Below are positions 45,485 to 55,306 of a stretch of DNA of 64,000 nucleotides, one piece after another. Each line of letters begins with the position of its first letter. Positions within the stretch are counted from its first letter, which is position 1. The position numbers were made by a program, and so were the translations under genes. This DNA comes from a virus. Lineage: Duplodnaviria; Heunggongvirae; Uroviricota; Caudoviricetes. Location: the IMG/VR virus record IMGVR_UViG_3300033074_000450, positions 1 to 64,000 of that record. One strand, 5' to 3'. A model generated the notes under the pieces. The model searched no databases and had not been told where the DNA came from. It saw nothing but the letters and a program-made list of their open reading frames with translations.

Positions 45485-45938
45485 GCCCAATCCTAACCTA
45501 GATGGCAAGACTCATATCAATGTCTATTCCAAAGGCAGAACCAAGCTTGGTCGGATGCTATCTAATTTCTACCATGCAGAATTTACAATTCCAGACGATG
45601 GAACTTTTCAATCTATAGAAGGCTATTGGTATTGGCTATCGTGTAAAAATGACAAGCTCAGAACTCTACACGGATACGAAGCCAAGCGACAAGGCAGAAT
45701 CCTAAGAGGTGAGGACTGGCCCGACCAACCAGAATTTAAAAATAAAATCCGTCAAGCAATCCTAAACAAAATCACTCAAAATCCCAAAATAGCTAAAGCC
45801 TTGAAAGCCAGTAATCTGATGTTGACGCATTACTATGTGGACCGACAAAATAATCCAATAGTAGTGACTGAAGGGGATTGGATGTTGGAATTTATAGAAG
45901 AGGTTAGAACAGCACTTACTAATCCTAGTAGCAATTAG
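45453..45938 (+). CDS. NADAR (YbiA-like) domain protein, tentative
   Basis: LSNFYHAEF and FQSIEGYWYWLS resemble the NADAR motifs SNF.. and W-P-T-S-E-H-Y-F-Q. Start uncertain; overlaps the upstream gene. Confidence 0.35.
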   Translation: MEHLVVSVKVKPNPNLDGKTHINVYSKGRTKLGRMLSNFYHAEFTIPDDGTFQSIEGYWYWLSCKNDKLRTLHGYEAKRQGRILRGEDWPDQPEFKNKIRQAILNKITQNPKIAKALKASNLMLTHYYVDRQNNPIVVTEGDWMLEFIEEVRTALTNPSSN

Positions 45939-46255
45939 TAGTTGTTAGTAGTGAATGGTAGTAGAGTGTAAAGTCAGCTTTACAGTATGTGTGACGGGAA
46001 TAGCAGGATGCTGGGAGCACGTTAATAGGACGCTCCTGAAAGCTAATATGAAGCGTATTATGTATCCTATAATGGCTATTAGATAGAACGAGATAGAGAT
46101 AGATAGAAGTCGATAGGCGCAGATAGGAATAAGAGGAATTTTCTAATATGAAGCGTCAAATCGAATATAACGCTTATAAAGCCTAAAAATGTCAATTTTA
46201 CTTGCCCTATCCCTCACGATACATGCCAAACCCTCAAAGCTGTTATAATTGAGGT
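45939..46255. repeat. Repeat-rich regulatory region (iterons plus direct repeats) upstream of the packaging/head module
   Basis: Six GATAG within 46082..46130. 14-bp direct repeat CTAATATGAAGCGT at 46042 and 46143. Palindrome TGTAAAG-tcag-CTTTACA at 45967..45984. TATAAT at 46245. Confidence 0.5.
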
Positions 46256-47071
46256 ATGGACGAATCAATAAAGCTAAAACCTCACAATAAGTATCGTAAG
46301 GCGAAATATACCTCTCAGGACGTTAGGACTAAGGCTCTAGAAGCTAGGGACGAACTTCTAGCCAATGTAGACTTCTTAATGGAGGTCATCCGAAAAGACA
46401 GATATAACCTCAAGCGTTACGAGGAGCGTTTTGGAGACTTACGTTATCGTCCTATAGTATCCAAGGGGAGTGAGGACGGTTCTATAGAGCCAACGTATGG
46501 CAGTCCTACAGAGCTTGTCCTAGAGCCATTAGCGTCTAAATACAGAGCCACAATCAAATCGCTCCTAGACTCAATCAAGCTGATATCCACTGAAATCTTA
46601 CCAGAGGACAACCCTGAAGGTGAGACTTCAGAACCCACTTCAGAGTCTAAGGAAGAGGCTACAACTAAGCGTCAGTCCCTAAGAGACCAGTTTAAATCTA
46701 TGTCAGAGAACCCGTCAGCATTCAAAGCACCTGAACCAGAAGCCACTGAAGACGAAGACTTGGAAGATTTTACAAACCAAGTCAAGCAAGGTCTTGCAGA
46801 TGCAGACCAAGGTAGAACTAAACCAACCAAGGAAGTCAAGGCCACTGTAGCCAAGTCATGGAGGGATACAACTCCAAAGGCTCAACCAATCAAACCCAAA
46901 GCGAAGAGTGTGGTTTCAGAACCAGAGAAGAAATCCCAAGAGAATAAGCCAAAGGATATAGAAGGACCAAAGGGATTAAGTCCCATGATGAGAGCAAGGT
47001 TAGCAGGAGGAGGCTTGTCTAGGATGGATGCACTGAAGAAGAAGTATGAGGATGATGGAGATGATGAGTAG
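46256..47071 (+). CDS. Acidic hypothetical protein (first gene of the late block)
   Basis: 271 aa, charged and low-complexity in its middle. Confidence 0.45.
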   Translation: MDESIKLKPHNKYRKAKYTSQDVRTKALEARDELLANVDFLMEVIRKDRYNLKRYEERFGDLRYRPIVSKGSEDGSIEPTYGSPTELVLEPLASKYRATIKSLLDSIKLISTEILPEDNPEGETSEPTSESKEEATTKRQSLRDQFKSMSENPSAFKAPEPEATEDEDLEDFTNQVKQGLADADQGRTKPTKEVKATVAKSWRDTTPKAQPIKPKAKSVVSEPEKKSQENKPKDIEGPKGLSPMMRARLAGGGLSRMDALKKKYEDDGDDE

Positions 47072-47260
47072 TGAGACGATGTGAGAGGAGCATGGGAGGA
47101 TGCTGGGTGGAGGGAGGGGAGATACCCCCCCCGTAAGAATCCTTTTTCTGGGTTTTAGGAGTCCCAAAAGGAGACTGCCCAGAGAGTACACGAATAAAAA
47201 TTTTTTAAAAAATATGCCAAAAATATATTGTAATAATTACATAACAGGAGCGTCAGAATA

Positions 47261-47764
47261 ATGGAAACCGTAAAGAAATATGAAGTGATGAGTGAGCAGT
47301 TGTTCCATGTGAATTGGGAACAGTATCTTAATATCCTAGATAGGTCTAAAGCCTATGTCCTGGTAGAAGAATATACTGCCTCACTGGGTTATGGAAGTCT
47401 GCCCGACATGTCAGAAGAAGCCATTGAAGATGTAGCACATTATCAGAGCAGATGCATTGTGGTCAATAATTTAGATAAGCCTAGTGAAGTGTTTAAGAAA
47501 CAACTAATGGCTCAACTGACTGACACGGGTAATCCAGTAAAGGAATACTCTGACCTCCAACTAGCTGTAGAAGAAAGCTATGTAGAATGCCTGGAGAACT
47601 TTGGACTGCCTTCTGTAGTGGTTGACTTGGGTGATGGAGAATACATGGTAGCTCCAGTTACTAAAGAAGAAATTACAATTAGGCTCCTTTCTCCCGTACA
47701 AGGATGTCTGATTATTTTTAAACCCAGAATGTTCTCTAGATTTAGGATTAAACAAGGAGCTTAA
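47261..47764 (+). CDS. Hypothetical protein
   Basis: 167 aa; preceded by ACAGGAGC then 12 nt then ATG. Confidence 0.45.
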   Translation: METVKKYEVMSEQLFHVNWEQYLNILDRSKAYVLVEEYTASLGYGSLPDMSEEAIEDVAHYQSRCIVVNNLDKPSEVFKKQLMAQLTDTGNPVKEYSDLQLAVEESYVECLENFGLPSVVVDLGDGEYMVAPVTKEEITIRLLSPVQGCLIIFKPRMFSRFRIKQGA

Positions 47765-47765
47765 T

Positions 47766-48023
47766 ATGTTAATAACCTCAGATGATGAATTAGCCAAGGA
47801 TGTGAAAGTCATAGACTTCATGGGTAAAGAAGTGGCCTTCGTAAAGAGCTTTGATACGGAGACCAAGGAAGCTGAACTTTATATTTCCAATAGGGATAAT
47901 AAGCTTACGGTCATCAAGGATGGTAGTGAAGAGGGAGATGAGGTTGGACAGGTATTGGTTGTTAAAGTGAAACTCTCAGGATGTAAGTTAATCAATAAGC
48001 GTACTGGAGAAGAAGTCAAATGA
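47766..48023 (+). CDS. Hypothetical protein
   Basis: 85 aa. Confidence 0.4.
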   Translation: MLITSDDELAKDVKVIDFMGKEVAFVKSFDTETKEAELYISNRDNKLTVIKDGSEEGDEVGQVLVVKVKLSGCKLINKRTGEEVK

Positions 48024-48310
48024 GCAAGCGTAGTTGGATTGAAGAACAGTGTTTCCGTATGTGTAGTGCTGAAGGGGTAGAATGTCTCTGCTTTAAAGAG
48101 ATTAAGAATAAGCATACGGGTTCTAGCTTCGATGACTTCCGTAAAGAATACCTGGGTGAGTTTAAAGAAGAAAAGCCTCAATACATGTGTAATTGCGGTC
48201 AAGTGTTTGAGCATCCAATGGAACGTACTGCCCATGCTGCCACTTGTGAAAAGATGACTAAAGCCCTGAACGATAACGTCCAAGACCACATAGAGGTAGA
48301 TGATGAATAA
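48020..48310 (+). CDS. Cys-rich hypothetical protein
   Basis: 96 aa with CxxC, CNCG and H/C motifs. Confidence 0.4.
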   Translation: MSKRSWIEEQCFRMCSAEGVECLCFKEIKNKHTGSSFDDFRKEYLGEFKEEKPQYMCNCGQVFEHPMERTAHAATCEKMTKALNDNVQDHIEVDDE

Positions 48311-48572
48311 GCCCGAAGCCAAAGTAGTAGTTAAGAAGAAACGTAAAATTTACAAGCTCGAAGACCTGGACATGACTGACATTGAGCTACTGGCTAAAGC
48401 GTATAGCCTAGATGACCAAAGCTTCCTATGCCTGGGAACCAGAGGCTACAAGCTCATCCAGTTAGGGCTCATGAGTGATGAACTCCAAATTACTTATGCA
48501 GGACGCAGATATATGTGGGCTCTCCAGCAAGAAATCAAGGCTAAGAAGAAGGCTCCTAATAGTACCCAATAA
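48300..48572 (+). CDS. Small basic protein; small terminase subunit candidate
   Basis: 90 aa with Lys-rich ends, shortly upstream of TerL. Not a motif-based call. Confidence 0.2.
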   Translation: MMNKPEAKVVVKKKRKIYKLEDLDMTDIELLAKAYSLDDQSFLCLGTRGYKLIQLGLMSDELQITYAGRRYMWALQQEIKAKKKAPNSTQ

Positions 48573-48609
48573 GGTATAATTAGAGTAAGAATTACAAACA
48601 ATATACCCG

Positions 48610-48972
48610 ATGGGGATGATTATGGATATCGCTAAAAAATGGAAAGAATTCGTAGGAAGACTAAACGACAAGGGTGTTCCCGTACCTATGGCTCGTGACC
48701 CAAAGACAGGTAAAGGTTCCGTATCCCTTTCAATGGTAGTCGTGAGCTTCGGCCTAATGTCTCTTTGTGCAATGTTGGCTATGGCAATGGTCGTAAACAA
48801 GTGGGCTGGGTTCTTTTCTGAAGATGCTGAATCCTTAACTGCTTTGAAGGAAGCTTTCTTCATGGCCTTTCAGATGGCTGGTTTAAGTGTAGGTTTGTAC
48901 TGGGGTCGTAAGTTCCAAAAGGACGATAAGGGTGGAGTCATCGTTGACGGTGGAAAAGCGGAGAATGAATAA
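48610..48972 (+). CDS. Membrane protein
   Basis: Two or three TM helices (VVVSFGLMSLCAMLAMAMVV; FFMAFQMAGLSVGLYW). Confidence 0.4.
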   Translation: MGMIMDIAKKWKEFVGRLNDKGVPVPMARDPKTGKGSVSLSMVVVSFGLMSLCAMLAMAMVVNKWAGFFSEDAESLTALKEAFFMAFQMAGLSVGLYWGRKFQKDDKGGVIVDGGKAENE

Positions 48973-49208
48973 TGTTTCTACGGCAAGAATACCTCAAGAT
49001 AGCCAGACGCTTTGTCAGTGCCTTATCTGACCAAGTAGTGAAACTCTTACAAAGACCAAGAGAGGTAGACTTGCATTTTCATCCTGAAGAAATCATGGCT
49101 GAACTAATGATGAAGGCTCACCGTGAAGGTTACGAAAAAGGTCGTAAGGAAATGATGGCAGTCTTAGACGAATTTAATGATACGTCAAAGGACCCAAAAG
49201 AAAACTAA
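48972..49208 (+). CDS. Hypothetical protein
   Basis: 78 aa. Confidence 0.35.
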   Translation: MFLRQEYLKIARRFVSALSDQVVKLLQRPREVDLHFHPEEIMAELMMKAHREGYEKGRKEMMAVLDEFNDTSKDPKEN

Positions 49209-49209
49209 T

Positions 49210-51054
49210 ATGACACAAGACATTGTTGAAAATATTATAGGGTTATCCAATAAAGAATTCGCTGAAGAATTCGAGTGGCTTAGGGAGCAGATTGAATCTG
49301 ACCCCCTGACCAATTTTATTGAGCATCCCCTGTTCATGAACTTCAAACCTACTCCAGCTCAACGAGTGGCCTTGAAGACTATTTTCCAACAAGAACTAAA
49401 CGAGACCCAGCAATTTAATGTGTGGATGGAAGTCAAGAACGACGAGGGTAATTTCGACCTAATCCCAGTTCCCATGACTGAGACCGAAATCTATAAGTTC
49501 ATGACGGACAAAGATTACGATGTCACTCAGATTAAGCTTAAGAACAAAATCAACTTCATCATCGGAAGACGGGGAGGAAAGACTACCCTAGCTGCCATGC
49601 TTGCCATCTATTGTGCAATTATTACAAACTGGAGACCCTACCTCCAAAAGACTCCGTTTGCCACAGTATTGGTTTTGTCTCACTCCAGAGAATTCTCAGA
49701 TGAGGTCTTGGAGATTATCCGTACCTTTATTGAAACGTCCCCAGTTCTAAAACGACTCATCAACCTAAAGAAGAAGAACACGACTAGCACTATGAACTTG
49801 TCAGTTCCGTTCTTTGATGATAATAGAAAAATTACATACTCAAGGGTTCAGATTAAAGTCGGAGCTGCAAGCTCCAAGACCACACGAGGTATCGCTGCGT
49901 GTGCAGTTATATGTGACGAGATTGCGTTCTGGAACTTGGACGAGAACATGAAAGAAACCGACGAAAAGATTATGAAAGCGGTTCGTCCAGCTACCAAGCA
50001 GTTCGGTCGAAAAGCCCTACTCATTAAGATTTCTTCTCCAGGTATCAAGCAAGGGGTTCTCTACAAGGAATACCTCAAATGGGGTAAGGGAGAACTTCCA
50101 AGTACTTACTCAGTCTTTAAAGCTCCTAGTTGGGTTTGGAATACCATCCTTCCCAAGGAAGAATTTATCGAGGAATGGGAACTCGACCAAGACGGATTCG
50201 ACACTGAGTATCGAGCTAACTTCGTTGACTCTTTAAGTAATTTCATCCTACCTGAATTCATTGACATGGCAACGATTAAGGGAGCCACGTTCAATCCTCC
50301 AGAAGCTAAACGGTCTCAAGTCGTTTATAGAGCAGCTATAGATGCTGCCTTTAAGAAGGACCATTTCACGTTCAGCGTTGTAGGACATTTCGAGAACCGC
50401 ATCAAGCAATACGTTTTAAAGGGCTGGAAGGGAACTAAGAAAAATCCAGTCAAGGCCAAAGATGTGGCAGAGTACGCAAGGACAATTTGTAAAGAATACG
50501 GTATTGATGAAGTAGCGGCTGACCAATACTCGTTTGAACCGTTGCGTGAAATTTTTGCACAGTACGGGGTTACGTTGATTGAAAAGCCGTTCTCCCTTAC
50601 TTTCAAGAAGCAGATTTATTTTAACTTAAAGCGTTTGATTCACTCCCAACAGATGGACCTTTTGGATGTTGAAGAACTTTCAAAGGAATTGAAAGAATTA
50701 GTCATCGAGCAAACTGGCTCTGGTCAGATTAGGATTGGACATCCCCCAGGCGGTTCAGATGACTACGCTGACTCGACTGCCATAGCCGCTTATTTAGCAG
50801 TTGAATCTGCTGGACAAATAGGATATGATTTTGAAGCTAGTATGGGCAAGGAAGATTACGGAGTTAAAACCGATGTCAACGGTAGAACATTTGTAGCTCC
50901 ACCTCCAGAACTCTTGGCAGAATCCTATGGATATGGAATTAAAGACAATTCCAAGGACTATGTGAGAGACCCCGTTACAGGTAAGTTGAAGCGAGTAGAA
51001 GACGAAGAGGATGACGGGACTGATGACGATGACGGACCCCAGTTCATAATCTAA
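49210..51054 (+). CDS. terL: Terminase large subunit
   Basis: ATPase Walker A-like IGRRGGKTT, Walker B VICDEIAFW. C-terminal nuclease Asp motifs (GSDDYADS). Start trimmed to the ATG just after the upstream stop. Confidence 0.75.
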   Translation: MTQDIVENIIGLSNKEFAEEFEWLREQIESDPLTNFIEHPLFMNFKPTPAQRVALKTIFQQELNETQQFNVWMEVKNDEGNFDLIPVPMTETEIYKFMTDKDYDVTQIKLKNKINFIIGRRGGKTTLAAMLAIYCAIITNWRPYLQKTPFATVLVLSHSREFSDEVLEIIRTFIETSPVLKRLINLKKKNTTSTMNLSVPFFDDNRKITYSRVQIKVGAASSKTTRGIAACAVICDEIAFWNLDENMKETDEKIMKAVRPATKQFGRKALLIKISSPGIKQGVLYKEYLKWGKGELPSTYSVFKAPSWVWNTILPKEEFIEEWELDQDGFDTEYRANFVDSLSNFILPEFIDMATIKGATFNPPEAKRSQVVYRAAIDAAFKKDHFTFSVVGHFENRIKQYVLKGWKGTKKNPVKAKDVAEYARTICKEYGIDEVAADQYSFEPLREIFAQYGVTLIEKPFSLTFKKQIYFNLKRLIHSQQMDLLDVEELSKELKELVIEQTGSGQIRIGHPPGGSDDYADSTAIAAYLAVESAGQIGYDFEASMGKEDYGVKTDVNGRTFVAPPPELLAESYGYGIKDNSKDYVRDPVTGKLKRVEDEEDDGTDDDDGPQFII

Positions 51055-51105
51055 GTCTGTGATATAATTATATTAGAGTAGAGTGTTACAGGAGCATCTA
51101 AATAT

Positions 51106-51486
51106 ATGAAACCATTGAGAATAATTCTAGATTTTTTGAGTTACGAGGGTACTCTTACCAATAATCCACAAGATGCGGTAGCTATTAAACGCAAGGTAGA
51201 AGAATCCAACGTCTCTGAAGTTACTCGTTTGCAAAGCTCCATTGCTCCAGCTACGGTAGACCAGGCCATTACTCTGCCTGATGCCACTAGCGACTACCTC
51301 CTTCTTTTTATAGACAGACAAATTTCAATTAAATTAAACGGTTCCAGTGATGCCTTGGTTTTGAAGCCAAAGGTAGCTGGTACTAAGACTCCAGTTTTTA
51401 TGATGAGGGGAGATATTACAGGTTTGACGATTTCCAATGCAGGTGCAGAAGCGGCAAACATTGATTTAATTGCAGTTAATATCTAA
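51106..51486 (+). CDS. Hypothetical protein
   Basis: 126 aa, between TerL and the portal candidate; preceded by ACAGGAGC then 13 nt then ATG. Confidence 0.4.
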   Translation: MKPLRIILDFLSYEGTLTNNPQDAVAIKRKVEESNVSEVTRLQSSIAPATVDQAITLPDATSDYLLLFIDRQISIKLNGSSDALVLKPKVAGTKTPVFMMRGDITGLTISNAGAEAANIDLIAVNI

Positions 51487-51496
51487 GGAATAACAA

Positions 51497-53563
51497 ATGG
51501 CTGATGATAACAAAAAATCCAACATTTTCCAGAAAGTTCTAGCCGCTACAGACGTTTGGCTAGAGACTCAAATTTCTAAAGGAAAGAACTCCGTCCAACA
51601 AGAGATTGAAGACGAAGCAGATTTCTTCTACCGTAAATCCGTAGCTAAGGACCAATCATTTTATGTGGGTACTCAGGGCTATCAGGAAAAACCGTATCGC
51701 TTAACCTATGAACATTTGAAGCAGATGAGTCTTAAGGACTCTATCATTTCTGCTATTATCCAGACCCGACAAAATCAGGTTTCTGGGTTCTCGAAGCTTG
51801 TTAGGACTCCGTTTGATAGAGGGTTTAAAATCAATTTAAAAGACGAGCAGAAGCTTCTTGAGGAAATCAAGGAAGAGCTTAAAAAGTCTCCTGAGTTCCA
51901 ACCAAAGAAGCCTCTTCAAGACCCAGCAGAAGCCCAAGGCAATGTACCTTCAGAAGACGAAGTAAGTCAGGCATTGGACCAAGCTGAAGCTGATGTTAAA
52001 AAAGCTAACCAAGAATTTGACCACTCAGATGATGACAAAGATGCCTTGGCAGAAGCTATGGACGGTCAACCCGATTCCGACACTGACCAGTCTGAGGCAA
52101 CAGATGATGATGAAGCTCAAAAAGTTAACTGGAGATTGAACCGTAAGGCCAAGGAAATCTTGGATAAAAAGTATGCTCAACGCAGACGTAATGTAGAGCA
52201 GTTCGTCCTAAATTGTGGTAAGACCAAAGACCGACCATTTGAATCTAGACGTTGGAATTTCGACACTATGTTGAGAGCCATCGTGAGAGACTCCTACACT
52301 TATGACCAACTTGGAATCGAGCGAGTACCAGACCAAGCCAATAGAATCCATCATGTGGTTCCAGTTGACGGTTCTACAATTCGCTACGCTTCTCCCGAAC
52401 TAGGCAAGTACAAATCATTCCCTCTTCAATCAAGCTATGACATCCTGTATCCTGAAAAGGAACTTGATGCTTTGAATAAAAAGGATGCTTTGGAATTAGA
52501 CCCTAAGCTTCTTGAGCAGAACAAGTATAAATGGGTTCAAGTAGTTCGAGGACGTATTGAACGAGCATTCACAGAAGACGAACTTAAGGTTGGGCATAGA
52601 AATCCAACTACTGACATTTTCAATAATGGCTATCCTGTAGCTGAGTTGGAACTGTTGGTTAACCTAGTTTCTTCTCACTTGAATACTGAGTTTTACAACC
52701 AGGCTTATTTCTCTCAAGGTTTCTCGGCTAAAGGTATCCTTCACATTAAGGCTCCCTTGAATCGTAGAAAAATCGAGACTATCCGTCAGCAATGGCAGCA
52801 CATGATTAAGGGTTCAAGGAATTCTTTCCAGACTCCTATCTTCGCAGGTATGGACGAGGTTAACTGGATTCCCCTTACCCAGAACCATACAGACATTGAA
52901 TTCCAAGGTTGGTTACAATATCTTATCAAGATGATTTGTGCTATCTACCAAATCGACCCACAAGAAATTGGTATCGGTATGAAAGAGGAAGGCTCGAAGG
53001 GGTCTGGTCTTTCAGGAGATAACACTCAAGAGAAAATCGACCTGTCACGAGACAAGGGTCTTTACCCTCTTTTAAGATTCCTTGAGAACTTCATCAACTG
53101 CAATATCATTGACGATGTGGACCCAGACTTCTATCTTGAATTCGTAGGACTTCGTGATGAGTCTATGAAGGAAGCTCTTGAACGCCAAGAAAAAGAAGCC
53201 AAGTTTAAAAAGACTGTAAATGAGATTCGTGCAGAGGATGGACTTCCTCCGTTGCCTGGTATGGATGACTTTATCAATGAACCGACTTATCTTCAGTGGT
53301 ACACTCAGTTCAGTGAAAAGGGTATGAAGAAAATGCAACAAGACCAGCAAGCTCAAATGACTCAGGGAATCATGAGTCAACCGAACACTCCTCCTGGAGG
53401 AGGCGGTAAAGATGGAGGAGAAAATCCTCCACCTGAAAATGCGGCTGACCCCCATGTTGCTCAAAACCTTGAAACCCAATCCCCCGATGGTATCAATGCA
53501 GCTATCGAAAAAGATGGCATGGAAAAGGCTCTTAAAGTAGAGTACTACAAAATTAAGGGGTAA
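51497..53563 (+). CDS. Portal protein (putative)
   Basis: 688 aa, immediately downstream of TerL. Has an acidic insertion and a Gly/Pro-rich C-terminus. Called by position and size, not by motif. Confidence 0.45.
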   Translation: MADDNKKSNIFQKVLAATDVWLETQISKGKNSVQQEIEDEADFFYRKSVAKDQSFYVGTQGYQEKPYRLTYEHLKQMSLKDSIISAIIQTRQNQVSGFSKLVRTPFDRGFKINLKDEQKLLEEIKEELKKSPEFQPKKPLQDPAEAQGNVPSEDEVSQALDQAEADVKKANQEFDHSDDDKDALAEAMDGQPDSDTDQSEATDDDEAQKVNWRLNRKAKEILDKKYAQRRRNVEQFVLNCGKTKDRPFESRRWNFDTMLRAIVRDSYTYDQLGIERVPDQANRIHHVVPVDGSTIRYASPELGKYKSFPLQSSYDILYPEKELDALNKKDALELDPKLLEQNKYKWVQVVRGRIERAFTEDELKVGHRNPTTDIFNNGYPVAELELLVNLVSSHLNTEFYNQAYFSQGFSAKGILHIKAPLNRRKIETIRQQWQHMIKGSRNSFQTPIFAGMDEVNWIPLTQNHTDIEFQGWLQYLIKMICAIYQIDPQEIGIGMKEEGSKGSGLSGDNTQEKIDLSRDKGLYPLLRFLENFINCNIIDDVDPDFYLEFVGLRDESMKEALERQEKEAKFKKTVNEIRAEDGLPPLPGMDDFINEPTYLQWYTQFSEKGMKKMQQDQQAQMTQGIMSQPNTPPGGGGKDGGENPPPENAADPHVAQNLETQSPDGINAAIEKDGMEKALKVEYYKIKG

Positions 53564-53564
53564 C

Positions 53565-53804
53565 ATGCCTACAGTTAAAATCATCCTAGATAAAGGTGAG
53601 ACTCCTGAGCAAGCTGAAGAATTGCTCCTCAAAGCTTTTGAAGCTAAGAGTAATGGAGACATGCACACTGAGGACTTCAGTGACCCAGCTATGCAAGATG
53701 CATTGCAAAGGATGATTCAACTCCAAGAAGACAACTATCAAGCATTGATTCAAGAAGTAATTCAAGCTTTAGACGAGGAGTACAATAAAAATGGTAACGT
53801 CTAA
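53565..53804 (+). CDS. Hypothetical protein
   Basis: 79 aa. Confidence 0.35.
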   Translation: MPTVKIILDKGETPEQAEELLLKAFEAKSNGDMHTEDFSDPAMQDALQRMIQLQEDNYQALIQEVIQALDEEYNKNGNV

Positions 53805-54696
53805 GGCTGTACTAGAAATTATCAAAAAGATTGTAGAGCGAAGACACAAAGCTCTCATCATCTCATTGCTTGGTAGAGAAATGTTCTCAAGAGCCGAACT
53901 TAACGAGCTTGAAAAGAATGGGATTGATACGTCAAATAAGACTTCTTTAATGGAACTTATTTACCATCATAACTTCTTGAATCCACATGGAACTAGCGGT
54001 CCCAATTCAGTTGAAGACATGAAGAGTCAGCAGTCTGTTTCAGGAGTAAAGCCTCAAGGGGATGCTCATTCTTATGGAGTTGACCATGCCAACGAAGCTC
54101 TTAAAACAGCTATTGATAAACTGAAACAGGATGTTACAGCTAGACTTATAAACTTAGTTCAGGAAAATAATCAGAACTATAAGTACAATGCTTTGCAAAA
54201 CCTCGAAAGAACCGAAGAGATGGATGCTCTAGTTAAGGAATCTACCTTAAGCAAACTAAAGCAAAAGCTCAGAGATACCACTCAAGATGTAAACCGTGAC
54301 TGGCTTCGAGTAGCCACTACCGTTATGAGTGAGACCATTGGGAATGGTTCTGTTGATAGAATTGTTACCGAGAATCGAGAAAAGGACCCAGACGAAATCT
54401 ACGTTTATCGAATTGTGGTCAATGATGCTGCGTTGTGTAAATATTGTAGACGTTTTTACATGGATGAGGACGGAAGTCCTAAAGTGTATAAACTTTCGAC
54501 ACTTCTTGGCAATGGTTCTAATTTTGGTAAGAAGAAAGATTCCTGGCTTCCAGTCGTTGGAGCCACACATCCTAATGAGAGATGCTCTCAAGTTATTGAA
54601 ATAAAACGAGGTTGGAAAGTTCTTCCTGGAGGAAGACAAACCTACATCGGTCCTGAAAAATGGAACGATTACATAGTCAATAAAGTCGTTAAATAA
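53791..54696 (+). CDS. Head morphogenesis / minor head protein candidate
   Basis: 301 aa following the portal candidate. Called by position only. Confidence 0.25.
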   Translation: MVTSKAVLEIIKKIVERRHKALIISLLGREMFSRAELNELEKNGIDTSNKTSLMELIYHHNFLNPHGTSGPNSVEDMKSQQSVSGVKPQGDAHSYGVDHANEALKTAIDKLKQDVTARLINLVQENNQNYKYNALQNLERTEEMDALVKESTLSKLKQKLRDTTQDVNRDWLRVATTVMSETIGNGSVDRIVTENREKDPDEIYVYRIVVNDAALCKYCRRFYMDEDGSPKVYKLSTLLGNGSNFGKKKDSWLPVVGATHPNERCSQVIEIKRGWKVLPGGRQTYIGPEKWNDYIVNKVVK

Positions 54697-54725
54697 TAAT
54701 TGACTCCCCTTTCAAACATTGATAT

Positions 54726-54900
54726 CCTATGAAAGCTGGTACTGGGTCTAGTTGAAAAACACTAGGTCTGATTCGAGTGGACAGTATGGACGCACACACT
54801 GGACTACCCTCGGTGTTTACTCCTTTGTAATCGAGACGGACTCGTTCTGAGTCGTTCAGGTAGCGAAGCCAAAAAAGTGGAGCCATACTCCAGTACCAGC
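54726..54900. repeat. Element bounded by an 11-bp inverted repeat (MITE-like, or a long-range RNA stem)
   Basis: GCTGGTACTGG at 54726..54736 and its exact reverse complement CCAGTACCAGC at 54890..54900. They enclose about 150 nt containing the hairpins CTAGT..ACTAG and GACTC-gttct-GAGTC. Confidence 0.4.
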
Positions 54901-55113
54901 ACTATTTTTGAGGATTTAATGGTAAAGGTACTCATGGTGCAAACTTACGGATATAGATGGAAAATCACTACAGAAGATGGAAAAGTTCTTACTGATGATA
55001 TTCTTATCCCTGCCCATCAAGCCGAAGATTATGTGAGAGCTTGGGTATCTAGCTTTCAGAGCTGGACTTATGAAGTCATACCACTAGCAAAACAGGAGAA
55101 GAAAAATGTTTGA
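54877..55113 (+). CDS. Hypothetical protein
   Basis: 78 aa. Its first 8 codons overlap the right arm of the inverted repeat, so the start is uncertain. Confidence 0.3.
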   Translation: MEPYSSTSTIFEDLMVKVLMVQTYGYRWKITTEDGKVLTDDILIPAHQAEDYVRAWVSSFQSWTYEVIPLAKQEKKNV

Positions 55114-55306
55114 AGAAGGAGAGCGTTACCGCATTGAGGGTAAAAGCGTAGATATGTTTGTAGTTGGTATTGACAAGGAAACCAGCGACGATATAAGATT
55201 AGCTATCTTCTGGGTCAATCAGGAAACTGGAGCCATGCTATCTGCTGATGAAATAACTATTAAGAAAGCAGATTATAGCAAGTGGAAGAAAGTGGAGGTT
55301 GTATGA
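55106..55306 (+). CDS. Hypothetical protein
   Basis: 66 aa. Confidence 0.35.
   Translation: MFEEGERYRIEGKSVDMFVVGIDKETSDDIRLAIFWVNQETGAMLSADEITIKKADYSKWKKVEVV

Noticed and set aside
46005-47108. 11-bp repeat AGGATGCTGGG flanking the 46256..47071 gene
   Set aside because: Hundreds of random 11-mer coincidences are expected in 64 kb, so a single distant pair is not significant.
47240-51108. Shared (T)WACAGGAGC motif 12 to 13 nt upstream of the ATGs at 47261 and 51106 as a possible late promoter or translational element
   Set aside because: Only two clear copies. It contains GGAG and may simply be an RBS with a long spacer. Insufficient support.
53072-53668. 198-aa minus-strand ORF
   Set aside because: Lies inside the portal candidate on the opposite strand. 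No RBS, and low-complexity translation.
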